A DNA stretch of 64,000 nt, from assembly GCF_009914755.1 (NCBI RefSeq), contig NC_060946.1. The stretch is one strand, 5' to 3'. This document shows, piece by piece, positions 33,090 through 48,812 of the stretch (position 1 is the first letter of the stretch; each line of letters starts with the position of its first letter). The notes under the pieces are model-generated. The model saw nothing but the letters and a program-made list of their open reading frames with translations. It searched no databases and had not been told where the DNA came from. A program made the position numbers and the translations under genes. Source of the DNA: the human T2T-CHM13v2.0 reference genome, Homo sapiens.

Positions 33090-33800
33090 TTGGTGTTGAA
33101 TCAGAAGACTAGGATCCTAGTGATGTTCTATCGCTCATATGCAAAATGAGGACAAAACCATCTTCCTTACTGATCTTATGGTTACTATAACAATCAAATG
33201 AAATAAGCATGGGAAAATATTTTTAAATCATTAGGAATGGTGCAAATATAAGGCATGTTTTTATTAACTTTTCTTAGTCTTAGGTACAATGGTTTTCTTG
33301 AAATCAGAGAGAAAAAAGCCATATTTGCACAAAGTACAGGCTAATTAAATTTTGACTTGCTTAAAAATTAAATACCAAAAAGTACTGTGAATGAAAAGCA
33401 TCCTACACCATGTTACAGACATTTGTTAAGCCCTTACTGTATAGCAGAACCTATAGGGCTAGGCATTTGAGACACAATTGCCTAAATTCTGAGAGGAGAT
33501 GCACTTTGGGTCACTCACTGCTCCATCCTCAGCCTCCAGCACAGCAATGAGACAGAGAGGTACTCAACATTTGCAGAATGAATGAATGAGAAATGGTCTC
33601 TGTCTTTGAAAGGCTTAGAGTACACTATGAAGACCTGGCATATAACTAGTATAGTAGCTATCATAGCTGATTTGAAAGAAGTCCATATCATCAGGGCATG
33701 AAGGAAGGAGTGGTCAATTCAACTTGGACTATGTTCAATGAGTGGGAGTGCAAAGAAAGTAAGAAAAGCCTTCAAAGAGGAGGTAAGCTTGGCCTGAACC
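33090..33800. mobile_element. MIR and L2 fragments
   Basis: gaatcagaagactagg...gcaaaatgagg; actcaacatttgcagaatgaatgaatga. Confidence 0.55.
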
Positions 33801-34145
33801 TTTGGTGCACAAATTCATTAATATGTCTAACTCTCCTTCAGCCATAAGGTATTTGGAGTGAGAGACATGTTAACACATGAGTTATGTGTTGTAAATTGGG
33901 GAGTAGTAAGGAATAGATTGTGTTTATATCATCTTTGCTACACGTAATTCTAGTGAACTGAATTTACATGACAGTCTCATTTACATACAAAGGAAAGGTT
34001 AAAAAAACAAAGCAAGAGGTAGTCAATAAGGAGGAAAGGATATTGACAACATTTACAAAGGTGCAGCAACATCATAGTCATTACTGATCCTGAGGTCCTC
34101 TAATGATGTTGATGACAATAAATATTTTTTTAGTTTGAAAAAAAA

Positions 34146-34429
34146 TTTTTTAGAGACACAGTCTCACTCTGTCACCCAGACTGAAGTACAGTGGTGTGAT
34201 CACATCTTACTGCAGCCTCAATCTCCCAGGCACAAGTGATCCTCCCACCTCAGCCTTCCGAGTAGCTCAGATCACAGGCGCATGCCACCATGCTTGGCAA
34301 TTTTTTATTTTTTGTAGAGACAGGGTCTTCCTGTGTTGCCCAGGCTAGTTTTCTCCTGGGCTCAAGCGATCGTCCTTCCTCAGCCTCCCAAAGTGCTGGG
34401 ATCACAGGCATGAGCCACCGCACCCAGTC
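34146..34429 (-). mobile_element. AluJ-type SINE
   Basis: Dimeric Alu with the J-type gggctcaagcgatc. Confidence 0.93.
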
Positions 34430-34640
34430 TTATTTTCAATAATAAACATTTCATGTGATGAAACGTTTAGCTTCAGTGTGGAGAAAATAACAAATACCCT
34501 CAGATATAGGCAAGAGATTTGCTGCAACAAGTTACAGCATATTCATTAGGTGGTATTAAATGGTCCAAGTCAGAGAAGCCATCTCTCCTAATAGCTGAGT
34601 GTTAATGACTACACAAGATACACACTGCATATCAAAAGAG

Positions 34641-34700
34641 CTCATGTACCCTATCAATATATATACCTACTATGCACATGCAAAAAATAAAAATAAAAAA
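34641..34700 (+). mobile_element. Extreme 3' end fragment of an L1MA-type element
   Basis: tcatgtaccctatcaatatatatacctactatg plus an A tail. Confidence 0.6.
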
Positions 34701-35077
34701 CTGAGTGCCAGAAACATCTAGATTGCCAGAAAAATCTATAACTGACCTAACAATAAATTCAGACATGAATATCCAATGAGTTTTGCCATATACCTATTAC
34801 ATCAGTTCAGCCAAGTCACATCTAATTTATGGATTCCATTTAGTATAAAGGAATTGTGGCGATAGAGGAAAGTGATAACTGTATATAATCTCCTAATATC
34901 AGGAAATTTATTTTCCAACAGCAAAATCAAGGCTAACAGGATAAAGGCAAAGCACATTTATTGTCATTAGTGAAATGATATGCATCTTTAAAGTGACTTA
35001 TCAAGTTAGTCTGCTTATAATATTTTATTTTAGTTTCAGCATAGGCATGTAAGAACAAGAAGCAGCACAGTATAATG

Positions 35078-36493
35078 CATCAGTTCTAAAAACACTTTTT
35101 AGTCTCAGGATCATTTATATACTTAATAAGTACAATTCCAACAAACTTTTGTTTATGTGGGTTATGCAGTACATAACAATGTTTAATGTATAAGACATTA
35201 GAATTTTTGAATATTTGTTAACCCATTAGAATTACAAATCCTTTACATGCTAATATAAATAACACATTTTTATGAAACATATATCCTCTAAAACAACAAA
35301 ATAAGGAAAGGAATGGCATCACTTTACACTTTTTAAAATCCTTAATGTTTTTGCTTAATAGAAGACAACTGGATTTTCTTATCTGCTTCTGCATTTAATC
35401 TGTTGAAATATGTTGTTTTGGTTGAAATATATATTTTTAAAAAACAGCCTCACATAGATATGTAATTGGAAAATAGATGATGTGAATATCATTCTTTACC
35501 ATTATACCAAAACTTGACACGTGCTTTTTTAAGGTTAGCTGCAATGTGGAATTTAAGACTATATCAATGAACTTTCTGTACTCTGTTACTTTCAAATGCA
35601 TTGGTTTATCTTGCACTTTCAGTGGCTCTTTTGCCCACTCATAATTTTATAACATTATGCATTGGCTATTGGAAAATATTGTTCAGTAAGGCTACAGATC
35701 TTCCAAATGTTGACAATTTCATTATACAATATCAAAAACTCACCACCACTTCATCAAGAAAATAAGTGTTGGGAAGTTGTCAAGCTCTCACAGTCACGGT
35801 GGTAAATACAAGTTTCCCCAAACTCTATCTTTCCCTTAAAAGCATGAATTGGCAGCAAATACTGTTTTCCTTGAAGTGACAGGCACATTCATTCAGTTTT
35901 TTTCACTCATTCAGTTTTGATAAAATTTCTCCAAATATTAAGTCTGCAAAAACCACAGTTTTCTTCAGTCATTCTTTCACATAAAAAAAAAAGTTCTATA
36001 AAAAAATACCCACTCAGTTCACAACTCAAGTGCACAAGCGCCTTTCTTTTAGACAACCAGTGATTAGTTGGTATGCAACACAGGTGCTTTACATGTACTA
36101 CCCATTTAATCACTGCAAATACTAAAAAGATCTACTCAAGGGTTGAGATTTATTAAAATTAATGCTTATAATAGCTTCATTGAGGACATTTTTAAGTCAA
36201 ACTGGCTCTCCCACCCCACCCCACTCCAGCCCTTTTAACTTCAAGTTTATGGCAGTCAAAAATACAATGACTTCTAGTGCAGCTTGGTGCCACTGTCCAG
36301 ATTCATGTTAAGGCTCCAGCAGTTTTTCCCACCATTACTTTTATACCGTCAGTGCAAACACCAACACAGTAAAAAAAAAAAAAAGACAAATAATATCTTA
36401 GTATTATTATGAAAATAGTTGTGACCTCATGGATTCCCTGAAAGGATCTCAGGAACCCCAAGGAATCCATGAACCATACTTTGAGAACCACTG
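35078..36493 (-). mobile_element. Charlie1a-like hAT DNA transposon (internally deleted)
   Basis: TIR ctttgagaaccactg at the right end with a degenerate counterpart at the left; transposase remnant CVGVCTDGIKVMVGK in ORF 36303-36500; sits inside a MIR. Confidence 0.85.
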
Positions 36494-36638
36494 ATGTCAT
36501 GGAAAGACATTTTTGAAGTCAGTGGGATTAAGTTCTGACTCTGAGACTTACTAGCTATGTACTTGGGCACATTACTTAACGTCTCTTGGTCTTGCTTTGC
36601 TCACTTAACAAAAATAAAGAAAAAAAAAATACCCACTT

Positions 36639-36940
36639 CGTCTGGGCGTGGTGGCTCACGCCTGTAATCCCAACACTTTGGGAGGTCGAGGCAGGTGGAC
36701 TGCCTGAGGTCAGGAGTTCGAGACCAGCCTGACCAACATGATGAAATCCTCTCTCTACTAAAAATACAAAAATTAGCCAGGCATGGTGGCAGGCACCCGT
36801 AATCCCAGCTACTCGGGAGGCTGAGACACGAGAATCGCTTGAACCTGGAGGCAGGGGTTGCAGTGAGCCAAGATCGCGCCATTGCACTCTGGCCTGGGTG
36901 ACAGAGGGAGACTTTGTTAAAAAAAAAAAGAAAAAAAAAA
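36639..36940 (+). mobile_element. AluS (Sx-type), inserted in a MIR (36500-37035)
   Basis: Full dimer with A tail. Confidence 0.95.
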
Positions 36941-37674
36941 CAGCCATTTCATAGACCTACTGTGGAGAAGCTCATAGGAGATGCAAAACAAGTAGCAAAG
37001 TACTCAGTAGGTGTTCACGAAATGTTATTTTTAACTCTCCCCTACGTAAAATAAGAGATTATCCCATTTTGACACCTAACCAAAGATCAAGAGAGGTTAA
37101 ATGACTGACGATCAAAAGAACAAAATGGGAAAATTAATATGAGAATGATGCATAAATAACAGATCAACCTAATACTGTTATGAAACTGAGAGATTTGAAA
37201 AATGCGTTAGAAAATGTTTGTATTTTCTGCCAGTAAACCTTTGTGAAGTGTCTCAGTTTCAAAAGGGATGACAAACATTCATCCTGAACCATTTATCACT
37301 ATACTTTAGACACCACTGACACCTTTTGAACACTCTCAAGAAAATCTTTAAGAGTTCTTTTATTTTTTCTTTGTCCTCTATTACACACAAGGTTACACTC
37401 AACAGAGTCTCTGTGATTCCAGAGTTTTCCTACTGCAGCTGCTGGATCCCATCTGGTGTCCTTTATCTAGGACACCTGTTTCAGGAATAAGACAATTAAG
37501 GTGATGAACCAATTCCATGTAGAAAATAGCAATTTCCCATTTCCTTAGGAATGTTAGTAGGAGAGAGAAAAATTGTTTGATAAAGCACAATTACACATCT
37601 AATTACCAGATGCTAAGCATTTAGCCAGAACAGATATTCTAATTGCTGTATGTTGTTTTGCTCCACTGAGACAT

Positions 37675-38242
37675 TGTATTAGTTATCTATTGCTGAGTAA
37701 CAATATTTCCACAGTTTCAGTAGCTTAAAATAACACCCATTTATTATCTCACAGTTCTGTGAGTAAGGAGTCCAGGCATAGCTTCACTGGGTCCTCTGCA
37801 AGGCTGCAATCATGGTGTCAGCTAGACCTGGTTCTCATGTGGAGGCTTAATTTGGGGAGGATCTGCTTCCCTGCTTGTGCAGTTGTTGACAGCATTCAGT
37901 TCCTTGCAATTGTAGAACTGAGAGCTTCAGTTTTTTGCTGGCTGTCAGGGGAGACTGCCCTCAGCTCCTCAAAGCCACCTGAAGTTCTTTGCCACATGGG
38001 GTTCCCCAATATAGCTACTTGCTACCTCATAGCCAGCAAGGGAGAGAGAGACTCCAGCAAAATGAGGGCTACAATCTTACATAATCATATACACAAAATA
38101 ATGTACATTCTGTCACTTTTGCCATGTTCTATTGGTTAGAAGCAAGTCACAGGATCCATCCATACTCAAGGGAAACGGATCACACAAGGGCATGAAGAAA
38201 GGCAGGAATCATGGGGCCCACGTTAAGAGTATGTTTGCCACA
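37675..38242. mobile_element. MaLR MLT1-type solo LTR
   Basis: TG...CA termini; exact 5-bp TSD gacat at 37670-37674 and 38243-38247; tgtattagttatctattgctg...tttattatctcacagttctgtg. Confidence 0.9.
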
Positions 38243-39029
38243 GACATGCTGGAGCATGTAGTGTGACTAGTAGAGAATAGGAAAAATTTGAAACAAGCCA
38301 AGAATAGGGTGAGGAGAATGAATGAGCTTGACAGTATGGAGAGAAGGAATACAGGCCTAGTATCATCTAAATCTATATCCATAGGGAGGCAACAAATGTG
38401 GATAAAGGTGAGACAATACAGATAAAGAAGTCTGATTTGGTAGGTTGTATACAACTTTAAGAATTAACAGGGACTCACAACGAGCAGGTGACGATGGTGT
38501 GGCTCCAGGAAAGTTGTTAGTTGGAGCAGGATCCCAGCATGCAGCTGGAATATGGAAAGAAGAATACGGGCCCTAGGAGGAGGAAGAGGACTGATAAGAG
38601 ACAGACTCAGTGTCTGGACTAGCTCCAGTACTGGGAATTGGAAGGCTAATCAGAAAAGCAAGCAAAAGCCCAGTCACAAAAACCAGGAGAACAAGGATAG
38701 AGTGAGGGTCCAGTTACTGAGCTCAGGGAGCTTATGAGTGTCTGGACATACCACAGTTTAGGGTAGCAAGACTAATTCTAAATTCCAATAGCTAATAACC
38801 CAGGGTTACCTTTGCTCCAGAGACTCACCTGGTCAGGGATTGACTAGGTGAAGCTGAACTTTAAGGTATTGGTGTTGGGAGCTAAGCAAGAGAAGACAAG
38901 AACTGGCTTTGATAGTTTCTCATTGCTTAGGACACTGGGTAGATTCTAAATCCACAGTATGGTATGAACCCCATGATAACACAGCCTCAGTCTGCCCATC
39001 TAGTCTTGTCCCCCTGCATGCTTGACACT

Positions 39030-39400
39030 CCTTAGACTGAAACCACTGGAACACCCTGCTGTGTCCTAAACAGGGCACGGACTTGCATGCTTCTGAGACA
39101 ACCTCTGTTTACTTTCCCTAAAGTGCCCTATCTCTTCTGCCTCTAACTAGAGAATTCTACTTAACTTCTAAGGACCTAGTCCACATGTTACTTTTTCTGT
39201 GAAATGGGTCCACTGTCCAGACCTCTACTGTGGCACTTATCATCAAGTTATGATTGTTTATTCTGTGTGTCTTCAACCTAACAGACTATGAATATGAGAA
39301 GGAAAAGACCATATCTATCCATTCAACTTTGTATCCTTTGAACCTGGAATAGTGGCTGGCATTTAGTGGTTACTCAATAAAAATTATTGAAACAAATGCA
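39030..39400 (+). mobile_element. L2 fragment
   Basis: cctggaatagtggctggcatttagtggttactcaataaa 3' end. Confidence 0.7.
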
Positions 39401-41395
39401 GGAAGTAGTTAAATAACGCTTTACTGATCTTGCCTTAGGAGCCTAATTTAGCTCCCCAACTCTCACCTCCATTTCCGCCTGCTATACACCCACTTCTTGC
39501 AATATTGATGGGAGCTCTGTGTATATGCCTGGGTTCACCTAGCTGCTGCTCTTTAATGAGCATTGATGCAGCTGAAGCCTGACACAGAGGGCTGAAAAAA
39601 CAGCACTAAATCTTTTATGGACAAACTGCAAATCTGCATGTACAGTCAGACATTTCCCCTGTTGACCTAGAGCTCTGATCACCAGATGTGAGAGGTAAAG
39701 CAGAACACAACACCCACATGTTTTCAAAAGAGGGAAAATCCCAAGTTTAGTTCATGGCTGCCACTGTGGGTAACCCAGAAAACCTACACGACCCGAAGGT
39801 GATTTTAAGTCCCTATCCTTTTGCTGACAAGAAAAACATGTCTTGGCACTTGGTACCTTAATGTCTAAAGCTACAGTAGAAGTATTTCCTCTTTAAAATT
39901 CATTCTGCAGTGAGAATGGCTTCCTTCTGCCCTTGCATGTGAGACTTTAATGAGTAAACCTAATGTACACACAAAAAGTTGGATCACAGATCCAGCAATT
40001 ACTACTTCTGAGGCTGGCTATTGAGTTCTGCATTAAGAAATGTTCAGAAGCTATCCACCTCCTATTGGGCGAGGGAGAAAAGGGCTATTCATCATCCTCA
40101 GACATGCACAACAGTATCAGTCAATTCTCTTCTATGGTGAAAGATTTTAAGTTGAAATGAATCTTTCAAATCCAATTGTTCATACTCAAGGTGACCCCAA
40201 CAAGGAGTGGCTAGAAACAAGGCCTGAGCCGATCTGTACAAGCCCTTTTCAGCCTTTTAATATGGATATTAAACCCTAGAAATGGGAACAAATTATGCAC
40301 ACATCTTTTCATTTTAGTTTAAAATATGCACAGATCCATGTTTTAAAATGGCTCTTTGGCCTAAAACAATGAAGGAACTCCATTCACAATGAGGGACAAG
40401 CATTAGGTATGCTGACAAAAAGGGAATTAATTTGCTTAATATGTCCTTAGAGTCAGACTTTTGGAGAGAAAATATCCAGGAACTGAAAGGCCCTTCTGTC
40501 CAGACGCTCTCAGCATGACACTGAACACAACAGTTGTGTTCCATGGAGAGGGGCGGCCAGAGCCAGCATGTTGTGCAGCATCCTGGCTTGTCTGCTTGCT
40601 CTTTGGTCCTTCCTTCTTTCCATCCCACAAATACTCACTGAGCACATACCAATGTGCTTACTGCAATAGGCTCCTTCCTTTCAGAGAAGAATTTATACAG
40701 TAGCATAAGAAGCAAAGGATGTGAAAAAGAAACTTTTACTCCACATTGGGTGAAGCCAGCAAAGTCCCTCTGGAAAGGATACCTTGGTTTCTTCTTCAAA
40801 AGAAGAAATTGAAATTGAGAAAATATTTACTTCTACTATTCATTGTTAAACGTTTACAGGAAGCTACTATAATGATTTCAGCTTCTATAATCTATTTTGA
40901 TGAGCTTCAAACATCTGTGTTTTAGAACTTAATTATCTGAACTAGATTTGATCTGTTTTTGCATCCCCACAGTTGGCCACAGCAGTGGAACATCCTGAAT
41001 GATTATAGCCTGAACTTCCCAAAGAGATTTCTCTGAAAAGGTCTCACTGTTCAGTAACAGAAGGTATTTTATAGAAAACAAGCACAATTACACAAGTGGC
41101 TAGGTTCAAGATTTAATGTGTACATGGTACCTACATGAATAAACATTTTTCCACTATATCTCAAAAATGGAAAATGAAAAGAAATGGCTTTCTAAATTAA
41201 TATAGTAAAGTTCACAAGAAAGTTATAAAACCTGACATTATAAAGAAATAAAAACTCACAAAAGCCTGATATTAAACCTTCCCTTCTACACGGGCTTTGG
41301 ATTTTGGAGGGAAAATCCCACGAGACTGACTAATATTTGTACAGACTAACAGTTTATAAAACACTTTATATGTTATTTCTTTTCATCCTCTATAG

Positions 41396-41615
41396 CAATG
41401 ATTCTCAGCTAGGGCAATTTCCTCCCTCCAGGGACATCTGGGAATGTCTGGAGACATGTTTAGTTGTCACGACTTGTGGTAGGAGAGTTGCTACTGGCAA
41501 CTAGTGGGCAGAGGTCAGTGATGCCGCTAATCATCCTACGATGCACAGAACAGACCCCCACAATAACGGAGGACCCAGGACCACATGTTAGCAGTGCTGA
41601 GGTGGAGAAACCCTT
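41396..41615 (-). mobile_element. MER20
   Basis: gaatgtctggagacatgtttagttgtcac...gtggagaaaccct; exact 8-bp TSD ctctatag at 41388-41395 and 41616-41623. Confidence 0.9.
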
Positions 41616-41623
41616 CTCTATAG

Positions 41624-41753
41624 CAGTGCTTCTTGAGCTTTAAGGTGCATGTGTCATGTTAAAATGCAGTAGGTCTGGGGCAGGATCTGAGATTCTGCAT
41701 CCCTCACCAACTCCCAGGTGATGCTGATGTTGCTGGTCCACAGAATACCAAGG
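41624..41753. mobile_element. MER5-type MITE (hAT-Charlie)
   Basis: gtaggtctggggcaggatctgagattctgcat...ctcccaggtgatgctgatgttgctggtcc. Confidence 0.85.
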
Positions 41754-42505
41754 TTCCATAGCACATGTAGTATGCAATGTGCCTGTCTTATACAGCCCTT
41801 CTCAAGGGCCGCTCTGTTCTCAAACCCCTAGTGAGTAGGTTATATGACCACCCTTCCCTTCATGGCTCTTAATACCTTGATGGACCCCAGAACCCAAGTA
41901 AGCCAGTCAAATAACCTCTCAAGAATTTATCATGTCTCAGGAACTCTAGAAAGTTTCTGCTAAAAACTAGGAGCTGGCAATCAATTCTGGGAGTTAGAAA
42001 CTGATATAGGGCTAGGTCCAGAATGGATATGTATTTGGTCCATGTGCACAGAGAAACAGAAGTTTCTGAGCTAAATGGGCTGGTGGAGGGGGTCATGGGG
42101 GCAGGGAGATGGCTGATGAGAAGCAAATATAAGAAAGTGATCTCCCCTTCATTCTACAGTTCCTCCTGAGGCCCCAGCTGAACTTCTTGCCCCAGCATTC
42201 ATTAGAAACCTCTATATAGTGTGACTACATTCCCTTTTTTGCTTAAACTAGTTTAAGAAGGTTTATTTGCTTAAAACAACTGATTCTTGACCAGAATATG
42301 TTCATAATGATTGTCCTCAACCCTGAGATACATAACTATCACTTAGAAATTCGGCAGCTTTCCCAATGTTAGTAAGAACCAGTAAATGGCAAAGCACAAT
42401 TTTTTATGCCTCCAGATCCCGTGCTCCTTAAACAGGCTATCCATTAACAATCAAATAATAAACCTTACAGACTACTGCCACATCTCACAGAAAAACAATG
42501 GTGCT

Positions 42506-42926
<421 letters not shown>

Positions 42927-43029
42927 TCAACTTTTCTGCCACGGACAAACAGCAACACAATTACAAAAAGAAATAATAATGACCTAAAGAAGGGTAGAAT
43001 TGCACAGATAATTGAAAATAGCATGCAAT

Positions 43030-44305
<1,276 letters not shown>

Positions 44306-44341
44306 TTCTCCATTCTATAGGACTATTCAGGTCATCTGTTT

Positions 44342-44611
44342 ATTTTTTGTTTTGTTTTGTGACAGGGTCTCACTCTGTCCACCCAGGCTGGAGTGCAGTA
44401 GAGCAATCATAGCTCACTGTAACCTCAAACTCCTGGCTCAAATGATCTTCCCACCTGAGGTTCTCAAGTAGCTGGGACTACAGATGCACACCTCCATGCT
44501 CGGCTAATTTTTATTTTATTTTTATTTTTTTAGAGATGGGGTCTCACTATATTGCCCAGGCTGATCTCAAACTCTTGGCCTCAAGTGATCCTCTGACCCT
44601 GGCCTCTCAAA
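44342..44611 (-). mobile_element. AluJ-type SINE lacking its 5' end
   Basis: The Alu body stops at ggcctctcaaag and abuts L1 sequence directly. Confidence 0.88.
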
Positions 44612-45815
44612 GAATGAAGTGAATCTTTACCTTACACCATACATAAAAATCAACTCAAAATGGATGAAAGACCTAAACTCAAGAGCTAAAACTATAAAAC
44701 TCTTAGAATAAAACATTGAGGAAAAGCTTCGTGACATTGGATTCTGCAATGCTTTCTTAAATATGACACCAACAGCATGAGTGACACAGCTCAAAATCAA
44801 TCAGCTGAACTTTATCAAAATTAATAACTTTTGTGTATCGAAGGTCACTACCAAAGAAGTAAAAAGACAACACACAAAATGGAACAAAATATTTGCAAAT
44901 ATACCTAAAAAGGGATTTATACCCAGAATATGTAAAGAACTCCTACAACCCAATTCAAAAATGGACTTGGAACTTGAAGACATTTCTCCAAACAAGATAC
45001 ATAAATAGCTAATAAGCACATATTAAGTATCTATTTAATATCACTAGTCATTAGGAAAATGCAAATCAAAACCACAATGAGATACCACTTCGCACTCATT
45101 AGGATGTTATTACAGATTTGAAAAAAAAAAAACAAGTGTTAGCAAGGATATAGAGAAATTGGAACCCTTGTGCACTGCTAGTGGGAATGTAAAATGGTAC
45201 AACCATTGTAAAAAACAGTACGGCAGTTCCTCAAAAAGTTACCTATAGAATTACCATATGATTCAGCAATTCTACTCCTGGGTATATACCCAAAAGAATT
45301 GAAAGCAGGACCTCAAATAGATATTTGCACGTCCATGTTTATAGCAGCATTATTCACAATAGCCCAAAGGTGAAAGCAACCCAAATGTCCATTATAGATT
45401 AATGGATAAACAAAATGTGGTATATACATACAATAAAATATTATTCAGACTTCAAAAAGAAGGAAATTCTGATGCATGCTACATGAATAAACCTTGAAGA
45501 CATTAAAAGTGAAATAAGGCAGACACAAAAGGATGCATACTGTGTGATTCCACTAATACGAGATACCTAGAGTAAACAAATTCACAGAGACAGAAAGGAG
45601 AATGATGGTTGCTACAGGCTGAGGAGGAAAGGAGAATGAGGAGTTGACTGTTTAATAGGCACAAAATTCAAGTTGGGAAAATGAAATTGTTCTGGAGATG
45701 GATGGTGGTAGTAGTTGCAAAACAATGTTAAAATATTTAATGGCACCGAACTGTGTAGCTAAAATGGTTAAAATAGTAAATTTTGTTATGTATGTTTTAC
45801 CACAATAAAAATAAA
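44612..45815 (+). mobile_element. L1MB-type 3' fragment
   Basis: gcaaatcaaaaccacaatgagataccac; 3'UTR gttctggagatggatggtgg...ttttaccacaataaaa. Confidence 0.88.
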
Positions 45816-45820
45816 TTTTA

Positions 45821-46138
<318 letters not shown>

Positions 46139-46290
46139 ACACACACACAGTTTAGACTTCACTCAAGATCTGAGGAAGGTCACTCTAAGACACTGAAGAT
46201 CCTTTTATTGGTAGGAACTTTAAAAATTTTTTCTTTAAATCAATAAATGGAATATAAATATTTTCTCGATTGTTTAAAAAACTACACCCC

Positions 46291-46721
<431 letters not shown>

Positions 46722-48489
46722 TTAATAATACAAACCAAAAAAATTAAGTGAAGCCAGCTAAAATAAAGGGGGACCAAGTGAATCAAGAACATCCTTAACT
46801 TTCAACAGCTATCATAATGAACTGCTATCAACCATTGCCAGCAAAAAGCTGACTCCAAAACTATTCAGTTCAACCTTATAGACCTATTCTAGTGTAGATA
46901 AATAAAATATGGAAGCAACGAGCTTGTTCAAGTACTCCAGATTCAACTAATTTCACTATTTTGTTATCCTTCTATTTTAACAATATATTTGAGGCTATAT
47001 AAAGTCAAGGGAGGTCCTCAAAACAATGTTATAGACTAGTAATATGGAGGCAACAAGCAGCTTCCTAAGAGCTGCTAGTCTTAAAAGCTTATTCCCCACC
47101 ACCCCTTTCAATTCTACAAGCATACGAATCAGGAGTTAAGAACAGTCATCCAGCATTCAGAGTAGTAACTCAAGCCTCATTCTGAGCTCTGTGGGTTAGA
47201 CACAGCATAACTGCCCAGAAATGTCCACTGCTACCAGACAGAAATAATGATGTGTTCCTTTCTCTGTGAAAGGATTTTGAGAATTACAGTTCTTTAAAAC
47301 ATTTTGAGATGCTTAAATTTAAAAAAAAATCTAAAAAGGGCAAAATTCCATTTCTAATGGCTTCATGAAGTGGTAATAAATAGAATGCACACATGCAATG
47401 TGTCTGGTCTCCAAGCAGAATATTTGAATAGTGGGAACCTGGTATCCAGTTTGGTCCCCAGCTGACAGATACCAGTTGGAAATGAAAGAATGGAAAAAGC
47501 CATTGTGGCAGTAGTCTGCATCCTGCAAGAGCAGATTCTGACCGGCATCACTTCCGCAGTGAAAGGTAACAAAATCTGACAGAGAAAAATTCAGTCTCCT
47601 TTTCTACTTGTAATTGTCACATCAGCCCAAGTGGAAGTATGTTATATGAGAGATACAGCAAAGAATGCAAGCAAATATCACTGGCCACAGAAAGGCCCCT
47701 CCCAGCCAAACCAAGGCAGAATTTCTCAAGGATGAGCAGTATTCCACAGAGAGATCTGTTGGCTGTAAAAAGCTTACTGATCCTGCTGAAGCTTTCTGCA
47801 GATTATTAAAATTCAAGAGATCCAGATGAGACTTGTTACAATCCATTCATAGGTGACTACAACATAAGACTGAGTCTTCACATAGAGGGGAAGGGTCTTT
47901 GTCTTCTCATTGCCCAGAAAAGAAAACAACCCTTTTATTCTCCTGGACATCAGAGGAGATTCTTCAAAAGAGGTTCCTCCACATTTCCTTTACATGCCAT
48001 GCCAGATTCATCCAGGTGCCTTCCCTGAATTACACAGATGTTTTAGAATACAGAGAGAGACTGGGGGAGGTTCGAGAGAAATAGGATATTTTCCCTTAGA
48101 CGTATATCCTATAGTAGCAGCTGGGAAGGGTCTGAACATTAAGTCAAGTGTGAGTTGAACCAAAATTTTTTCTGTATGGGCAGAAAAATTTTATATAATT
48201 GTAAACTATTAGTTCTCATTCATTCCAATTCCAGGATTTTAATCCTCCTCAGCCAAGAGAAATGACCTAATAGGAAGTCTAACCTCATTACTCAATTCTG
48301 TGTGTGAGGTTTTGGCAAAATGTTTAAGAGAGATGTGTGCACCTATGTGGGAAGCCTGTACTGATGAAAAATGTATCAAGTGTTTTATGGGTATGAATTA
48401 TAATAAATACTAGTATATAACTTGGGTGATGCCCAAGTTATCCCCAAGTACTTATTTAGGTATGTTCTAAAGTCAGTATCTTTCAACAA

Positions 48490-48812
48490 TCTTTTCTTTT
48501 CTTTCAACAATCTGTTCATGCCACAACTACTGACTACATATCTAGCACGTATAGGTACTGTGCTAGAAAGAGAAGCTGGAAGGTGGGAATACATAGATAA
48601 ATTAAACATAGTCTCTGCACTTGAAGAACCAACAGTCTACAGCAGGAGATAGATATGTAAACAAATGCTTTAACACATGGGATAAATGCTTTAATACATG
48701 GACTGAATACACGGATAAGTTCTTTAATACACAGAAACACAAAGAGAAAATCAGAACATCTGAGACTAAGGTTTGTTTGTTTTTTGTTTTGTTTTGTTTT
48801 GTTTTTGTTTTT
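48490..48812 (-). mobile_element. L2 fragment with a ~20-bp internal tandem duplication, followed by (TTTTG)n
   Basis: aaatgctttaacacatgg / aaatgctttaatacatgg at ~48664-48700; (ttttg)n at 48770-48812. Confidence 0.6.

Noticed and set aside
41770-42300. Possible LTR relics here and at ~49480-50020 and ~38250-38900
   Set aside because: The first two have LTR-like 3' ends, but all three are too degenerate to assign a family or boundaries by eye.
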